64,000 bases of DNA from Bdellovibrio sp. (GCA_031428535.1 JANPPN010000029.1:21754-85753); one strand, 5' to 3'; counted from the first letter of the stretch, positions 8,058 through 18,243 are shown. Program-made: numbers and translations. The notes: generated from the letters alone by a model not told the origin.

Positions 8058-10160
8058 ATGCAAGGTTTTTTTTCAATTCGAACCAAGTTTCTTGGCGTAA
8101 TGGCAGGTCTGCTGCTGGTTTGTCTGTTTGTGTACCTGCTAATTGCCGTTGATGTTTTCAAAACGGATAAGACAACCCTGATTTTCGATCTTAATCGCAG
8201 TATGGTTTCGAATATTTCGGTTGAACTCGAAACCGAGTTTGTCGGAGTATCGGATAAATTCAGATTCTTTGCCCTGTTGGCCATCGATCCTTCTAAAAAT
8301 CTCGTTAATGAAAATGTATTCGGCGAAAGCTCAGACGTTGTTTTTGCTTCAATATATCGCCGCAACCAAACTTTGCCCTTTCGCAATTTTACCCAGCAGA
8401 AATACCTGGAAACGTACGGACTTGAAGCGGGTTTCTTTGAAAAAACCCTGCAGGCAAAACGTCCGCTGCCGTTTGCGGAAATTCTGCGTAACGGCGAATT
8501 TTTCTGGAATGCCAGCGTTGAAGGCGGCACGCCACTGATCGGCTACGGACGAAACGTGGTGATCGAAAATACCAAAGGTGCAGCGCTCGAGCACCTAACC
8601 GTTATCGGCTATATCAAACCCGACAAAATTCTTAAAGCGATTAATCTGGTGGAACTCAGCGAAGTATTCGTTGTAGATCAAGCCGGCACGCTTCTGATTC
8701 ATTCCAATTTTGAATGGATGAAGGAAGGCAAAAATTTCGGGTCAAGTGCACTTTTTGTGGCTGCGCAGAACGCGAAAACCAATTTGATCGTTGCTGAACT
8801 TAAAGACGAGTCGGGCGAATATCTCGGTGCAATTGCCAAAACTTATCACGACCGTGTCTATGTGCTGGCGAAAGCTTCGAAGGAACATGCCTTTTCAGCG
8901 GTATCAAAACTGGTTTCACGTTCGCTTTCCTTTGCACTGATCGTAATTACGATTTCGCTGCTTTTTGCGTTCTTACTTTCCAAATCCCTGACTGAGCCAA
9001 TTTCAATTCTGGTCGAGGGCATGGAGCAGGTTTCAACCGGCGACCTTACGACACAAATCGAAGTGAATTCGAAAGATGAAACGCAGATGCTGGCAACCTC
9101 CTTTAATCGAATGATAAATGATTTGAAACAATCACGCGATGAACTGCAGGAAATCAACCGCGAACTTGATAAAAAAGTGAAAGACCGCACCCTACAGCTG
9201 GAAATTCAGAATCTCGCCGTAAAGGAAGCACAGGAAGCTCTGTTGAAAACGACTCGTCTGGCTTCGGCCGGTGAAACCGCCGGCCGGGCTGCGCACGAAG
9301 TTTTGAATCCGCTGACCGGAATCATTACCCGCTTGACCGTTATCGAGAAAAAAATCCAGAGTCAGATCGAACCCCAGGTCAATTTACTGAAAGATATTTC
9401 AGACAGCTGGAAAGAAGATCATAGCAAAGGCGGCTTTGAAACGCTGGTAAAAAATTGGCAACAAAAATCCGATGTCAATCCCGACTGGAATCTCTGGCAG
9501 GAGGATCTTAATAATCTTGATTACATCAAAGAAAATTTTGAATCCCTTCTTGCGGCGATTAAAAATGATACCCGTTTTCTGCTGGATGAAAGCGGACGAA
9601 TCAGCAAGATTATCGGCAGTATGCGCAAGTTAAGCAGTCTGAAATCCGACATCAAAACTTACTCGGTAAAGACTTTGTTGGTTAACTGCCGGAATATCAT
9701 GGCCGATCTGTTCACCGAAAAAAATATTCTGATCACTGAATCTTACAACGTCGATGAGGATGACGTTGACCTCGACCGTGATGAATTCATACAGGCGATT
9801 ACAAATTTAATGCGAAATTCACTGCATGCGATGTTAAAGTCTTCATGCGAATGTCCGCCCAATCATAATTATGCCATGACCATCACTACGGCACACGAAA
9901 ACGGACGCATTTACATCGAGCTGATCGATAACGGTGCCGGCATTCGGCAAGACTATCAAAAAATGTTATTTGAAAAACAATTCACGACGAAAACTTCAGA
10001 TGAGGGAACCGGACTGGGCCTTGGTATCAGCCGGCGATTCATCCGCGCGCACGGCGGCGACATTGTTTTTGTTTCGTCAGTGCCGTTTGAAGCGACGATC
10101 TTTAAAATCTATTTGCCCGCGAAACACGGACAGAGCCATACCCACAAGGTGGCGGCATGA
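8058..10160 (+). CDS. Membrane sensor histidine kinase (periplasmic Cache-like, HAMP, HisKA, HATPase)
   Basis: Two TM segments, HAMP (LTEPISIL...DETQMLATSFNRM), H-box AAHEVLNPL, DNGAGI, GTGLGLGIS. Confidence 0.9.
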   Translation: MQGFFSIRTKFLGVMAGLLLVCLFVYLLIAVDVFKTDKTTLIFDLNRSMVSNISVELETEFVGVSDKFRFFALLAIDPSKNLVNENVFGESSDVVFASIYRRNQTLPFRNFTQQKYLETYGLEAGFFEKTLQAKRPLPFAEILRNGEFFWNASVEGGTPLIGYGRNVVIENTKGAALEHLTVIGYIKPDKILKAINLVELSEVFVVDQAGTLLIHSNFEWMKEGKNFGSSALFVAAQNAKTNLIVAELKDESGEYLGAIAKTYHDRVYVLAKASKEHAFSAVSKLVSRSLSFALIVITISLLFAFLLSKSLTEPISILVEGMEQVSTGDLTTQIEVNSKDETQMLATSFNRMINDLKQSRDELQEINRELDKKVKDRTLQLEIQNLAVKEAQEALLKTTRLASAGETAGRAAHEVLNPLTGIITRLTVIEKKIQSQIEPQVNLLKDISDSWKEDHSKGGFETLVKNWQQKSDVNPDWNLWQEDLNNLDYIKENFESLLAAIKNDTRFLLDESGRISKIIGSMRKLSSLKSDIKTYSVKTLLVNCRNIMADLFTEKNILITESYNVDEDDVDLDRDEFIQAITNLMRNSLHAMLKSSCECPPNHNYAMTITTAHENGRIYIELIDNGAGIRQDYQKMLFEKQFTTKTSDEGTGLGLGISRRFIRAHGGDIVFVSSVPFEATIFKIYLPAKHGQSHTHKVAA

Positions 10161-11494
10161 GTACGGCGAAGAAATCTGTAGACGCAGTTGCTCTGGAAAA
10201 GGAAGTTTCGAAGAGTCACGATTTTTCGGCAAAGTCCGAGTTTGAATACAATTGGCGGGTCTTGATTGTTGAGGACGAACCGGCAATTGCCGAGGGAATA
10301 AAGGCAATCATAGCACCTCCACGAAACGTCATTCCGATTAATCGATCCAGTCGTAATCGCTCGGTGCCGGGGGCAAATGAAAATGCGGCGCCACCTCCCG
10401 CAAAAGATCAATTTGATGTTGTGTGGGCAAAAAACCCGACGGAAGCGCTGAATTTAATCCACAAGTCGATCAATGAAAAAAAACCATTCGCACTTGGGTT
10501 TTTCGACGTTCTGCTCGGCAGTGAAATAGATGGAATCGAACTGCTCCGCCAGATCCAGCTTTTAGATAATAAAATTTTTGCAGTGTTTCTGACGGCTTAC
10601 CATGACCGGACTGTGGACTCGATTCATCAGATACTGGGCGCCGACAAGTCAGACCGGTGGGACTACATGAATAAACCCTTTACCGATGGCGCCATCCTGC
10701 AAAAAGCCCGTAATTCGGTTTCGGTGTGGAATCTGCGTGAGCAGAAAAGAACTCAGGACGAACAATTGGCCGAAGCTTCTAACCTGCTGCTTTTAGGCGA
10801 ACGTACCAGCACCGTAGCTGCAGTTGGCAGAAGTGTCGCACACGAGTTCGGAAATCTGCTGATGCACATTATCGGACATGCCGAACTGGCGCTGATGAAT
10901 AATGACGATTCTCAGATGCGAAATACGATGAAAACCATCATCAAAGCCGGTGAAACTGCGGCGGCGGTTTTAAATAAATTCAAGAAGATAAATGACGTTG
11001 AAGACAAACCACGACTGGCTGCCGTAAACGTGAATCAGTGTCTCGATGAAGCCGTCGATCTGATGGCCCACGAGTTTAAAAAACGGAGTATTAAAATTAC
11101 GCGACCATTTTATGAAAAATGCACGATGCAGGCCAACTATCATAGTTTGATTCAAGTCTTCGTGAATATTTTTATCAATGCCACGCATGCAATGGGAAAC
11201 TCCGGCCAGATTGATCTTTCGGTCAATCTGAGACCGAGCGACCCGGATGAGGCTGAACCAATTCCGAATATTGAGATCAGAATCCGCGACTACGGCCCGG
11301 GAATTCCCGAGGCCTTGCTGCCGAAAGTCGCCGACCCGTTTTTTACAACCAAAGGTAAACAGGGTACGGGACTTGGTCTTGCGATCTGCAAAGATATTAT
11401 TGAAGACGAACATCGCGGAGCATTCGTCATTGCAAATCATCCGCACAAGGGACTCGAAATTTTAATTCGAATTCCAGCTAAGCAGGAGGCTTAA
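10157..11494 (+). CDS. Receiver-domain / histidine kinase hybrid
   Basis: N-terminal VLIVEDE...FFDVLLG...NKPF receiver; VAHEFGNLL H-box; DYGPGI, GTGLGLAIC; 4-nt overlap with upstream kinase. Confidence 0.9.
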   Translation: MSTAKKSVDAVALEKEVSKSHDFSAKSEFEYNWRVLIVEDEPAIAEGIKAIIAPPRNVIPINRSSRNRSVPGANENAAPPPAKDQFDVVWAKNPTEALNLIHKSINEKKPFALGFFDVLLGSEIDGIELLRQIQLLDNKIFAVFLTAYHDRTVDSIHQILGADKSDRWDYMNKPFTDGAILQKARNSVSVWNLREQKRTQDEQLAEASNLLLLGERTSTVAAVGRSVAHEFGNLLMHIIGHAELALMNNDDSQMRNTMKTIIKAGETAAAVLNKFKKINDVEDKPRLAAVNVNQCLDEAVDLMAHEFKKRSIKITRPFYEKCTMQANYHSLIQVFVNIFINATHAMGNSGQIDLSVNLRPSDPDEAEPIPNIEIRIRDYGPGIPEALLPKVADPFFTTKGKQGTGLGLAICKDIIEDEHRGAFVIANHPHKGLEILIRIPAKQEA

Positions 11495-11910
11495 TGTTGA
11501 AACTACAGTACATGACAATTTTAATTGTTGATGATGATTCCGAAATTCGGGAGATTATCAAGAACTATTTGATCCATTTCGGTTTCAAATCATTTCTTGA
11601 AGCCAAAGATGGGGCTCACGCTTTTCGTTTTGTGCTGGATGCCCGGCAAAAAATAGATCTGATCATTTCAGACTGGGAAATGCCGAATGCAGACGGCCTG
11701 ACTTTATTAAGAGCGGTACGAAAACACAGAACCAAATCCGAAACCCCGTTCATTATGGTGACAAGCCAGCAATCGCAGGAGCGGCTGAAAATCTCGAACG
11801 CAAAAAAGAACTCGGTGGACTGTTATATCATTAAACCGTTCCGCGCTGAAACTCTGCAGGAAAAAGTCTGGGAAGCGCTTGGCCTTAATGTGCAGACAAA
11901 AGCCGGCTGA
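11494..11910 (+). CDS. Single-domain response regulator (CheY-like)
   Basis: ILIVDDD, ISDWEMP, FIMVTS, IIKPF. Confidence 0.9.
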   Translation: MLKLQYMTILIVDDDSEIREIIKNYLIHFGFKSFLEAKDGAHAFRFVLDARQKIDLIISDWEMPNADGLTLLRAVRKHRTKSETPFIMVTSQQSQERLKISNAKKNSVDCYIIKPFRAETLQEKVWEALGLNVQTKAG

Positions 11911-11918
11911 ACGGCCTC

Positions 11919-13502
11919 ATGGTACGAACCCCGTGGATACTTTTTTTACTAGTGGTCTTTCACGCGGGGTTTGCCGTAGCAAGTGTGCTGACCGAAAGTT
12001 TTTCGTCGGCCGCGCAGAAAGATCCGGCTTCAACTGCCGTTTGGAATCTTGCTGCGGGTGTGGTACATCCAACTTTACAAATTGCAAATTACACACCTCC
12101 ACTTGGAGTGCCAACCACAACTGATTTTGACGTTGGGGATGGCAGCCATGGAATTTTTCAACCCAGTACTTATGCCAACTTCGGTGCGGTCGTTGGTTCG
12201 ACCATTACGATTGATGCCAGTGTTTTTCCGATATTAAAATTTTCAATTTTTCAGTTAGATAGTGGCTACACCCTGACCAGTATAAATGGTCCACTTATTA
12301 TTTATAGTTTATCAACTGTTACAATCGATGGAACCATCCTATGTAGTGGAGACGATGGCGCACCTGCCAGCGGAGCCAATGGCGGTGCGGGCGGTATCGG
12401 TCGCTGCGGTGGAAATTTTGGTGGGGCCGGTGGAAATGCCTCTGCTGATGGAACGCAGGGTTTGCCAACAGCAGGACTAGTGGTCGGTGGAATTGGTGGC
12501 AACTTTGTAGGTGCCGGTAACGGCGGCGGTGGTGGTGGCGGCGCGGCCTTTGCCGGAAATGACGGTGGCGCAGGTTTGGCGGGAACCGGGGGAAATACCG
12601 GTGGTAATGGTGGTTCTGGAACAGGCGGTGCCAATCACCAATTTTCAAATTTAGCAGGCAGCCCGGGCGGTGGTGGCGGTTCAGGCTCCAACACCCAAGG
12701 TGGCAGCGGTGGGGGCGGTGGTGGCGGCACTGTTATTATTCACGCGGTCGGCAGTGTTAGCATATCGGCGACTGGAATTATTCTTGCTCTAGGCGGTAAC
12801 GGTGGCGCTGCAGCTTCCGGCGGAGGCGGTGGTGGTGGCGGCGGCGGCGGTGTAAAAATTTTCAGTGCCGTTAATGTCATATTAATACCTGGAATCCCTC
12901 TTTATTCTGCAGATGTTACCGGAGGAACTGGCGGCGGCGGGGGCGCTGGCGGTAACGGCGGCTCCGGAAGTTTTGGTCGCGCATGGCTTATCTCACCTGC
13001 AGGCGTTACCGGTGGCGGGTCTGAAAGTAATCCTACATCGATTTCCCCAGAAGGAACCATTCAATACGTGACCACAGCCCAAACTGCAGTTTCAAAAAGT
13101 TATGATACGGGTTCTTCACTGACAGTTTATAATTCTGTTACTTTCAATCCGGTCAGCAACGATGTGGCGCTGCAGATTTCCGGCAGTGACGATAACTTTG
13201 TTGTCGACGACACCGGCTGGCTGAATTCCAGTCAGGTTGCAAGCCTTGAGAAAAAGAGATTCGTCAAATTCAGACTGATCCTGACAAATTCAAATTCACT
13301 GGTGCCCACCCAGATTTCGGAGGTCACTGTTAATTACGAACCCGGAACAATCGAAGTTTTTCAGTTTAAAAGCGGCTGCGGTTCAATTGCACGCGGCACC
13401 CCGTTACCCGGAAATCAGGCTCTGCTGATCATGTTGCTGTTGCTGTTTCCGCTGCTTGTTGCGCAAAAATTAAAAACGGTCAAAGCCAAGCAGAAAAATT
13501 AA
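11919..13502 (+). CDS. Secreted glycine-rich protein with C-terminal GCG-TM-basic sorting signal
   Basis: Signal peptide; poly-Gly GGGGG repeats; C-terminus KSGCGSIA...LLIMLLLLFPLLVAQKLKTVKAKQKN. Confidence 0.75.
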   Translation: MVRTPWILFLLVVFHAGFAVASVLTESFSSAAQKDPASTAVWNLAAGVVHPTLQIANYTPPLGVPTTTDFDVGDGSHGIFQPSTYANFGAVVGSTITIDASVFPILKFSIFQLDSGYTLTSINGPLIIYSLSTVTIDGTILCSGDDGAPASGANGGAGGIGRCGGNFGGAGGNASADGTQGLPTAGLVVGGIGGNFVGAGNGGGGGGGAAFAGNDGGAGLAGTGGNTGGNGGSGTGGANHQFSNLAGSPGGGGGSGSNTQGGSGGGGGGGTVIIHAVGSVSISATGIILALGGNGGAAASGGGGGGGGGGGVKIFSAVNVILIPGIPLYSADVTGGTGGGGGAGGNGGSGSFGRAWLISPAGVTGGGSESNPTSISPEGTIQYVTTAQTAVSKSYDTGSSLTVYNSVTFNPVSNDVALQISGSDDNFVVDDTGWLNSSQVASLEKKRFVKFRLILTNSNSLVPTQISEVTVNYEPGTIEVFQFKSGCGSIARGTPLPGNQALLIMLLLLFPLLVAQKLKTVKAKQKN

Positions 13503-15695
13503 ATTGCCCTGATACCCGCTGCCCGCCTGCTGACTTTGAAAGGTAACCTGCCCAGCGCCGCCATAGTAAAGGCCTTGCCCCGAAAAATACCTCTTAAAAT
13601 CCAAATCCAACCCATACTCCCCAATACCAAAATGTACGCCGTACCTAATCCCCCCGAATTGTACGCCGTACCTAAAACCCGGGATAAGCAGCGGCTTGAA
13701 TGAAATCGCCTGTTCGGATTTACGTTCAGGCGTAAGGCTCTGATGCAAACTGATTCCGATACTGTGGTTTGTAATGGCATTTTCGCGGCTGATCAGCAGC
13801 CGGGCTTCTGGAATGTTAAGGATTTCCTGAACTAAAAATTCAGATGGCGGATTCGGTTTCCATTGTTGCGAGGCGCCCCATAAGCTGAATTTATAAACGT
13901 GCAAATTATTAATCAGACCTGATTGAAGTTCAATACGCGCGCCGAGTGGCACGCTACCGCTCAGTTGCATTTTTGTATTTGCTTCCCCGACCAAATTGAG
14001 AATTTTATACGAAGGAGCCCATGCAATTCCCCAACCTGACGGGATTTTCGGCAGTTCGATTGCGGCACTTACGCTGGGTACTGGTTCAGGCGCCGGTGCA
14101 ACCGGCTTCTCTACAATAAACTCGGGCTTCGGTACAACTTTTTCCGGCGGAACCGGCACAGGTGCAACTTCAGGCGGTAGTGTTTTCGTTACATAGTTCG
14201 GCTGCACTTCAAGAGGCTCTGAAAAAAGACCCATCTTGCCGGATAAGCCGGCTGCGGCCACGCGCCAGTAAAATTTCTTTTTCGGATCGTATTTTTTCCA
14301 GATAAATTCAGTGGACGTAACATTTTCGATAACTTCGGGTTTTCTGAAGCCGGGATCAGATGAAATTTCAACTGTATAGGAATTGGCGCCGGCAACAGTT
14401 TCCCATTCAAATATAATTTCGCGACTTGCGCTCTTTTTTTCGGCGGCCACGGCTTCTGACATGAAGAGCTTAAGCCAATTGTAGCGGCCACTGGTTCCGG
14501 GCAACTGGAGCGTTGGCGATTTCAATTTAGGTGCACGTAGCGGCTCTTCCCGCAAAAATATTTTATTCTGGTATAGCGCCGGTATCAAAAAACCTTCGTC
14601 ATCGCGGGCTTCAACTTTCCATTCGAGATCTTCTTCTTTATCAAACCGTAGAATTTTAAAATTTTGGGCGCTGCTTTCACTTCTGACTTTACCTTTACCC
14701 TGTAGTTGAACCTGATATTCTTTTACACTGGCTTCGGAAGTCCAGACGAACTCGTAATCCTCGCCCACTTTTAGGCGGTCGCGCGGAAGAGGTTTTTTAA
14801 GAATGATCTGTGGTGCTTTCCAAACTTCAATGGTTCGCGCGGACGAAAGCCCGTTTGCGTCACCCAGCCGGAGCGTGTAGCTGCCCGGTTTCAGATTAAG
14901 CGTTGTGGAATCCTGACCGTGCGCGACTGCCGTTACTTTTTCTTCTTCGCCTGTGCGGCTGACATTGATTTTCGTAGCCTGACCTGTCCATTGAAGCGGA
15001 ACTTCCACTTGTTCATCCAGCACATAGATGCGGACCGGTTTTTTTTCAAGCCACTGAAGATTTTGATTTTTGTCGATTTTATTAATTTTCTGATCGGTAC
15101 CGAATCTGATAATCGAGGTGTCGTTAAGGTTTTCGGTACCTTCGGAGGTTTGAAGCGTCGCTTGCCCGCTGAGAACTTCAAACTCGTACGAACTCTGTTC
15201 TTTTCTGAGTTGGACTTCAGTACCTTTTTCCAGATTCATGTACCAGTGATCGCCGGAAATGGTAGTTTTAACAGACGGATTGCGGGCTTTGAAGTCTCCT
15301 TTGGAAAAGCGCAGTCGAATTTCACTTTTACTTTTGTCTTCGGGTTCTTCAAGAGTAACCAAGGTATTTTCAGAAAGTTGCAATTCGGTCTGATCTTTTA
15401 GATAGAGTTTGGCGGAACTCTGCGAAAGCGTAAGTACGGAATCGTAGTAATAAAGTATTTCGTTTTCTTGTGCTTTTTCCCAGATCAGACTGTTGACCCC
15501 GCGGCGTTTGAGATCATTTTTTGAACTGAGTACATGGCCCGCTTGCTTAGAGCCCGAACTCGAAATCTTTTTCATGAAACTGGGAAGTTGAATCCACCGC
15601 AAATCGGCGAACAGCCAGATTACTTCCGCAATCAAGAGTAATAAAATCAGCGCGACCCATTTTCGATCAGAGCCTTTTTTTCTGAGTTTTTTCAC
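13470..15695 (-). CDS. FecR-like domain plus fibronectin-III/Ig-like repeats, membrane-anchored protein
   Basis: N-terminal TM; DSVLT...LQLSENTLV...EVLSGQATL FecR-like pattern; FEWETVAGANSYTVEIS...YWRVAA Fn3-like; beta-rich C-terminus ending in F. Confidence 0.7.
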   Translation of the reverse strand: MKKLRKKGSDRKWVALILLLLIAEVIWLFADLRWIQLPSFMKKISSSGSKQAGHVLSSKNDLKRRGVNSLIWEKAQENEILYYYDSVLTLSQSSAKLYLKDQTELQLSENTLVTLEEPEDKSKSEIRLRFSKGDFKARNPSVKTTISGDHWYMNLEKGTEVQLRKEQSSYEFEVLSGQATLQTSEGTENLNDTSIIRFGTDQKINKIDKNQNLQWLEKKPVRIYVLDEQVEVPLQWTGQATKINVSRTGEEEKVTAVAHGQDSTTLNLKPGSYTLRLGDANGLSSARTIEVWKAPQIILKKPLPRDRLKVGEDYEFVWTSEASVKEYQVQLQGKGKVRSESSAQNFKILRFDKEEDLEWKVEARDDEGFLIPALYQNKIFLREEPLRAPKLKSPTLQLPGTSGRYNWLKLFMSEAVAAEKKSASREIIFEWETVAGANSYTVEISSDPGFRKPEVIENVTSTEFIWKKYDPKKKFYWRVAAAGLSGKMGLFSEPLEVQPNYVTKTLPPEVAPVPVPPEKVVPKPEFIVEKPVAPAPEPVPSVSAAIELPKIPSGWGIAWAPSYKILNLVGEANTKMQLSGSVPLGARIELQSGLINNLHVYKFSLWGASQQWKPNPPSEFLVQEILNIPEARLLISRENAITNHSIGISLHQSLTPERKSEQAISFKPLLIPGFRYGVQFGGIRYGVHFGIGEYGLDLDFKRYFSGQGLYYGGAGQVTFQSQQAGSGYQGNLIFLLGFDRF

Positions 15696-15702
15696 TCTTA
15701 GC

Positions 15703-15729
15703 TTGTCGGTTTTTCAGGTGCGTTCTTAG
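15703..15729 (-). promoter_or_regulatory. Possible sigma28-type promoter for FecR-like gene
   Basis: minus strand CTAAG-N14-ACCGACAA, 7 nt before GTG. Confidence 0.4.
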
Positions 15730-15753
15730 AGGCTAGCCAGCCGTAAGTCGGGC

Positions 15754-16248
15754 CTATTTAAACTCAAGAATCAATTTGTAGCCGTCGATTGAATACACGA
15801 CAAACTCATAAGCTGAGCACTGCGCACTTGAACCACTTTTTCCGTCCCAAAGAGCAGAAACTATAGTCATGAGCTGGCCGTGATCGTTGAGGTCCTCAAG
15901 CTGTTTGGCAATTTTATCAGATAGCTCTTTGTTGATTGTGTCGGTTCGGAGTGCAGCTATGTTTTCACTACTACCGATAGTGATGTTGTAGCGACATGGT
16001 TTTTCTTCACGAAACATTTTAACCAAGTAGTCATTCATCAACCCAGAAGCGACTGTATCTGCGTAAAATCGATGCACGTTATAACGGAAGACATAAGCCA
16101 ACTTCACGCTGGATTTGTTCTTTACTGCAAAATTCACGATTGAATCAAGAGCGTGCTTATTATCCGGAACTTCAATTTCGGCTCTAAAGTCGGCAGTTGC
16201 ACTTTTTGAAAGTGCAAGCAGCAGAACTAAAAAAATCAGTTTTTTCAT
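15754..16248 (-). CDS. Secreted hypothetical protein
   Basis: Signal peptide MKKLIFLVLLLALSKSATA; two Cys. Confidence 0.7.
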   Translation of the reverse strand: MKKLIFLVLLLALSKSATADFRAEIEVPDNKHALDSIVNFAVKNKSSVKLAYVFRYNVHRFYADTVASGLMNDYLVKMFREEKPCRYNITIGSSENIAALRTDTINKELSDKIAKQLEDLNDHGQLMTIVSALWDGKSGSSAQCSAYEFVVYSIDGYKLILEFK

Positions 16249-16261
16249 ATGACCCCAAAGC

Positions 16262-16299
16262 AAAAGATAGGCTCTTATAAAACATAAGGCCTATCTTTT
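16262..16299. terminator. Bidirectional intrinsic terminator
   Basis: AAAAGATAGGC...GCCTATCTTTT inverted repeat with A/T tails, 30 nt after stop of 16329 gene. Confidence 0.7.
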
Positions 16300-16328
16300 C
16301 CAGTGTCACAATTATTGACAGATACTAA

Positions 16329-17288
16329 TTACTTACTGCGATTGACATTAATTTTAGTTTTTGAGGACGAAACACTCGGACTGCCGGCGCTACCAATGAT
16401 CTTGATATTGCCTTTATGGTCTTCAATCTGTCCGACTTTTGAGTCAACCAAAACGATCGATCCGCGAGTGTTGCAGATCTTGTCGACTGTTACTCCGCAA
16501 AGTATCAACTTTCCGCGGAAGTCCTCGATCAGGTTGATGTGTGCGATGTTATCCTGGGTAATAATCATTTTACCTCGGCGATGCCTGATTTCAGCTGCTG
16601 CTGCAGATCGGTTTTTTGCGCTGGATCTACTGCTTGAGTATTTATTGTTACAGTAAGCCTCTAGATCATTTTCATCATTTTCTTCGTCATCTTCTTCATT
16701 AGCATAGCATTTTTTACCACCGCTAACACACTCTTCGTTATCCGTGCCCGGAGGTTTAGACCCACCGCTGCTGCTGCCACCACCGATAACTGGAGGTTGG
16801 CTGCCATCACCGCTAGGATTTGCTGATCCGCCACCACCGATAACCGGAGGAGAGATGTCGTCATCTTCGCTAGGATTTGTTGACCCGCCACCGCCGATAA
16901 CCGGAGGAGTGATTGTTCCGGTGCCTCCACCACCAACCGGAGTTGATCCGCCACCACCGATAACTGGAGGAGAGATGTCGTCATCTTCGCTAGGATTTGT
17001 TGATCCGCCACCACCGATAACCGGAGGAGAGATTGTTCCGGTGCCGCTACCATCAACCGGAGTTGATCCGCCACCACCAATAACCGGAGGAGCTTCTATT
17101 GGGCCACCAATCTGGTTAACATCGTTAGATGAATTATCCGGTAAAGTATCAGTGTTCAAAACGCCGTTGCTACCACCGGCAACGTCAACCGCTGCATATT
17201 GGTACTTCGAGCAGTTTTGAAATCCGACTAATAGTATAGAAGTTACACCAGCTACTAAGAATGTGTTGAGTTTTAAAATCTTGCGCAT
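16329..17288 (-). CDS. FQNC-type putative lipoprotein with PPVIGGGGS tandem repeats and Cys-containing C-terminal domain
   Basis: MRKILK...LLVGFQNCS signal; six PPVIGGG units; start moved to ATG 17288 (RBS GAAGGTGG, promoter position). Confidence 0.75.
   Translation of the reverse strand: MRKILKLNTFLVAGVTSILLVGFQNCSKYQYAAVDVAGGSNGVLNTDTLPDNSSNDVNQIGGPIEAPPVIGGGGSTPVDGSGTGTISPPVIGGGGSTNPSEDDDISPPVIGGGGSTPVGGGGTGTITPPVIGGGGSTNPSEDDDISPPVIGGGGSANPSGDGSQPPVIGGGSSSGGSKPPGTDNEECVSGGKKCYANEEDDEENDENDLEAYCNNKYSSSRSSAKNRSAAAAEIRHRRGKMIITQDNIAHINLIEDFRGKLILCGVTVDKICNTRGSIVLVDSKVGQIEDHKGNIKIIGSAGSPSVSSSKTKINVNRSK
16778..17090. repeat. Intragenic tandem repeat, 120-nt higher-order period (63-nt + 57-nt units)
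   Basis: Positions 16861 and 16981 both begin TCATCTTCGCTAGGATTTGTTGA; CCACCACCGATAACCGGAGG core recurs six times with few substitutions. Confidence 0.9.
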
Positions 17289-17314
17289 TTGGACCACCTT
17301 CATGAACGGGTAAT

Positions 17315-17330
17315 TGCAATGGTCATTCCT
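17315..17330 (-). promoter_or_regulatory. sigma54-type promoter upstream of repeat lipoprotein
   Basis: minus strand AGGAATGACCATTGCA, 27 nt before ATG 17288. Confidence 0.55.
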
Positions 17331-17439
17331 GCCATAAGAACCAGATTTGAGAAGAAGGCCAAAAGTTGTAGAACTATTTAAAAGTACTTAAAATATTGAC
17401 GTAGCAGAATGAGAAAAGCTCACAAAAATGAATTAGATT

Positions 17440-18243
17440 TCAGAGCAATAGACTCAAATTGACACTCAAAAACTGGTTGAACTGTATCTTATTGGAAAAA
17501 CTGGCTTCACTTGGGACAGGCATTGCCGAACGAACATTCACCGATGTCGGATCTGCAATCTGTGCCAAACTGAGACCAATACTAAAACCCAACGCCAAAT
17601 GCTTATTGGCAAAGAACGACTGATTCAAGGCGGTCTGTAAAAATGGCTTGCTGGTTGAACCAAAAGTCTGCAGACCAAAATCAGATTCCAGCTTTGTAGA
17701 GGCCGGTATCACCAAGTTTTTACCCAGACTTATTTTTCCGTAATAAAAACCGTAACCGAATGAAACAAAATGCGCAGATGTCGGAACCGGTGCGCGATCA
17801 AAGTCAAGTTGCGCCGAACCCGCATACAGTTGGTCCGAGTACGTTGTGCGCCCGCCAAAGCGGGTTCTCAATCCAACTCCGAACGAATACTCTTCATTGG
17901 TAAAGTATGAGCCGCGAACCAAAAAGTAATTAGCGTTTACGATGGCCTCGTCTAGCACCGAACCGGTGTTTACATCGAGCTGGAATCTTTTTGTAAATTT
18001 AACTTTCTTATTCAGCACGCTCGATGAGTTGTCGGTGTTCGGAGTAACAGATTCGCTTGGCAACTCGTCATCGCCGACAACAATTTCCTTAACGACGGCT
18101 TCTGTTCCCGGATCTTGGCTGTCTTGAATTTCGGTTTCAGATTCAGCCGCGGCAGGAGACGCATTATTTTGCGCAAACGCCGGAGCGGCACCCAATACGA
18201 CAGTGAAAATAACAAAAAGAAATTTACTATTTTTGATGTTCAT
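17440..18243 (-). CDS. Outer-membrane beta-barrel protein, GltA/B/H-like
   Basis: Signal peptide; SVLNKKVKFTKRFQL, YYGKISLGK; amphipathic strands; clustered with gltC/gltF homologues. Confidence 0.7.
   Translation of the reverse strand: MNIKNSKFLFVIFTVVLGAAPAFAQNNASPAAAESETEIQDSQDPGTEAVVKEIVVGDDELPSESVTPNTDNSSSVLNKKVKFTKRFQLDVNTGSVLDEAIVNANYFLVRGSYFTNEEYSFGVGLRTRFGGRTTYSDQLYAGSAQLDFDRAPVPTSAHFVSFGYGFYYGKISLGKNLVIPASTKLESDFGLQTFGSTSKPFLQTALNQSFFANKHLALGFSIGLSLAQIADPTSVNVRSAMPVPSEASFSNKIQFNQFLSVNLSLLL

Noticed and set aside
12340-13020. GGC/GGT-rich low-complexity DNA and Pro-rich or His/Arg-rich antisense ORFs
   Set aside because: Explained by poly-Gly codons of the 11919-13502 gene; antisense ORFs are shadows
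16778-17090. Regularly spaced repeats suggesting a CRISPR array
   Set aside because: Spacers are themselves repeated, unit lengths are multiples of 3 within an ORF, and no cas genes are present
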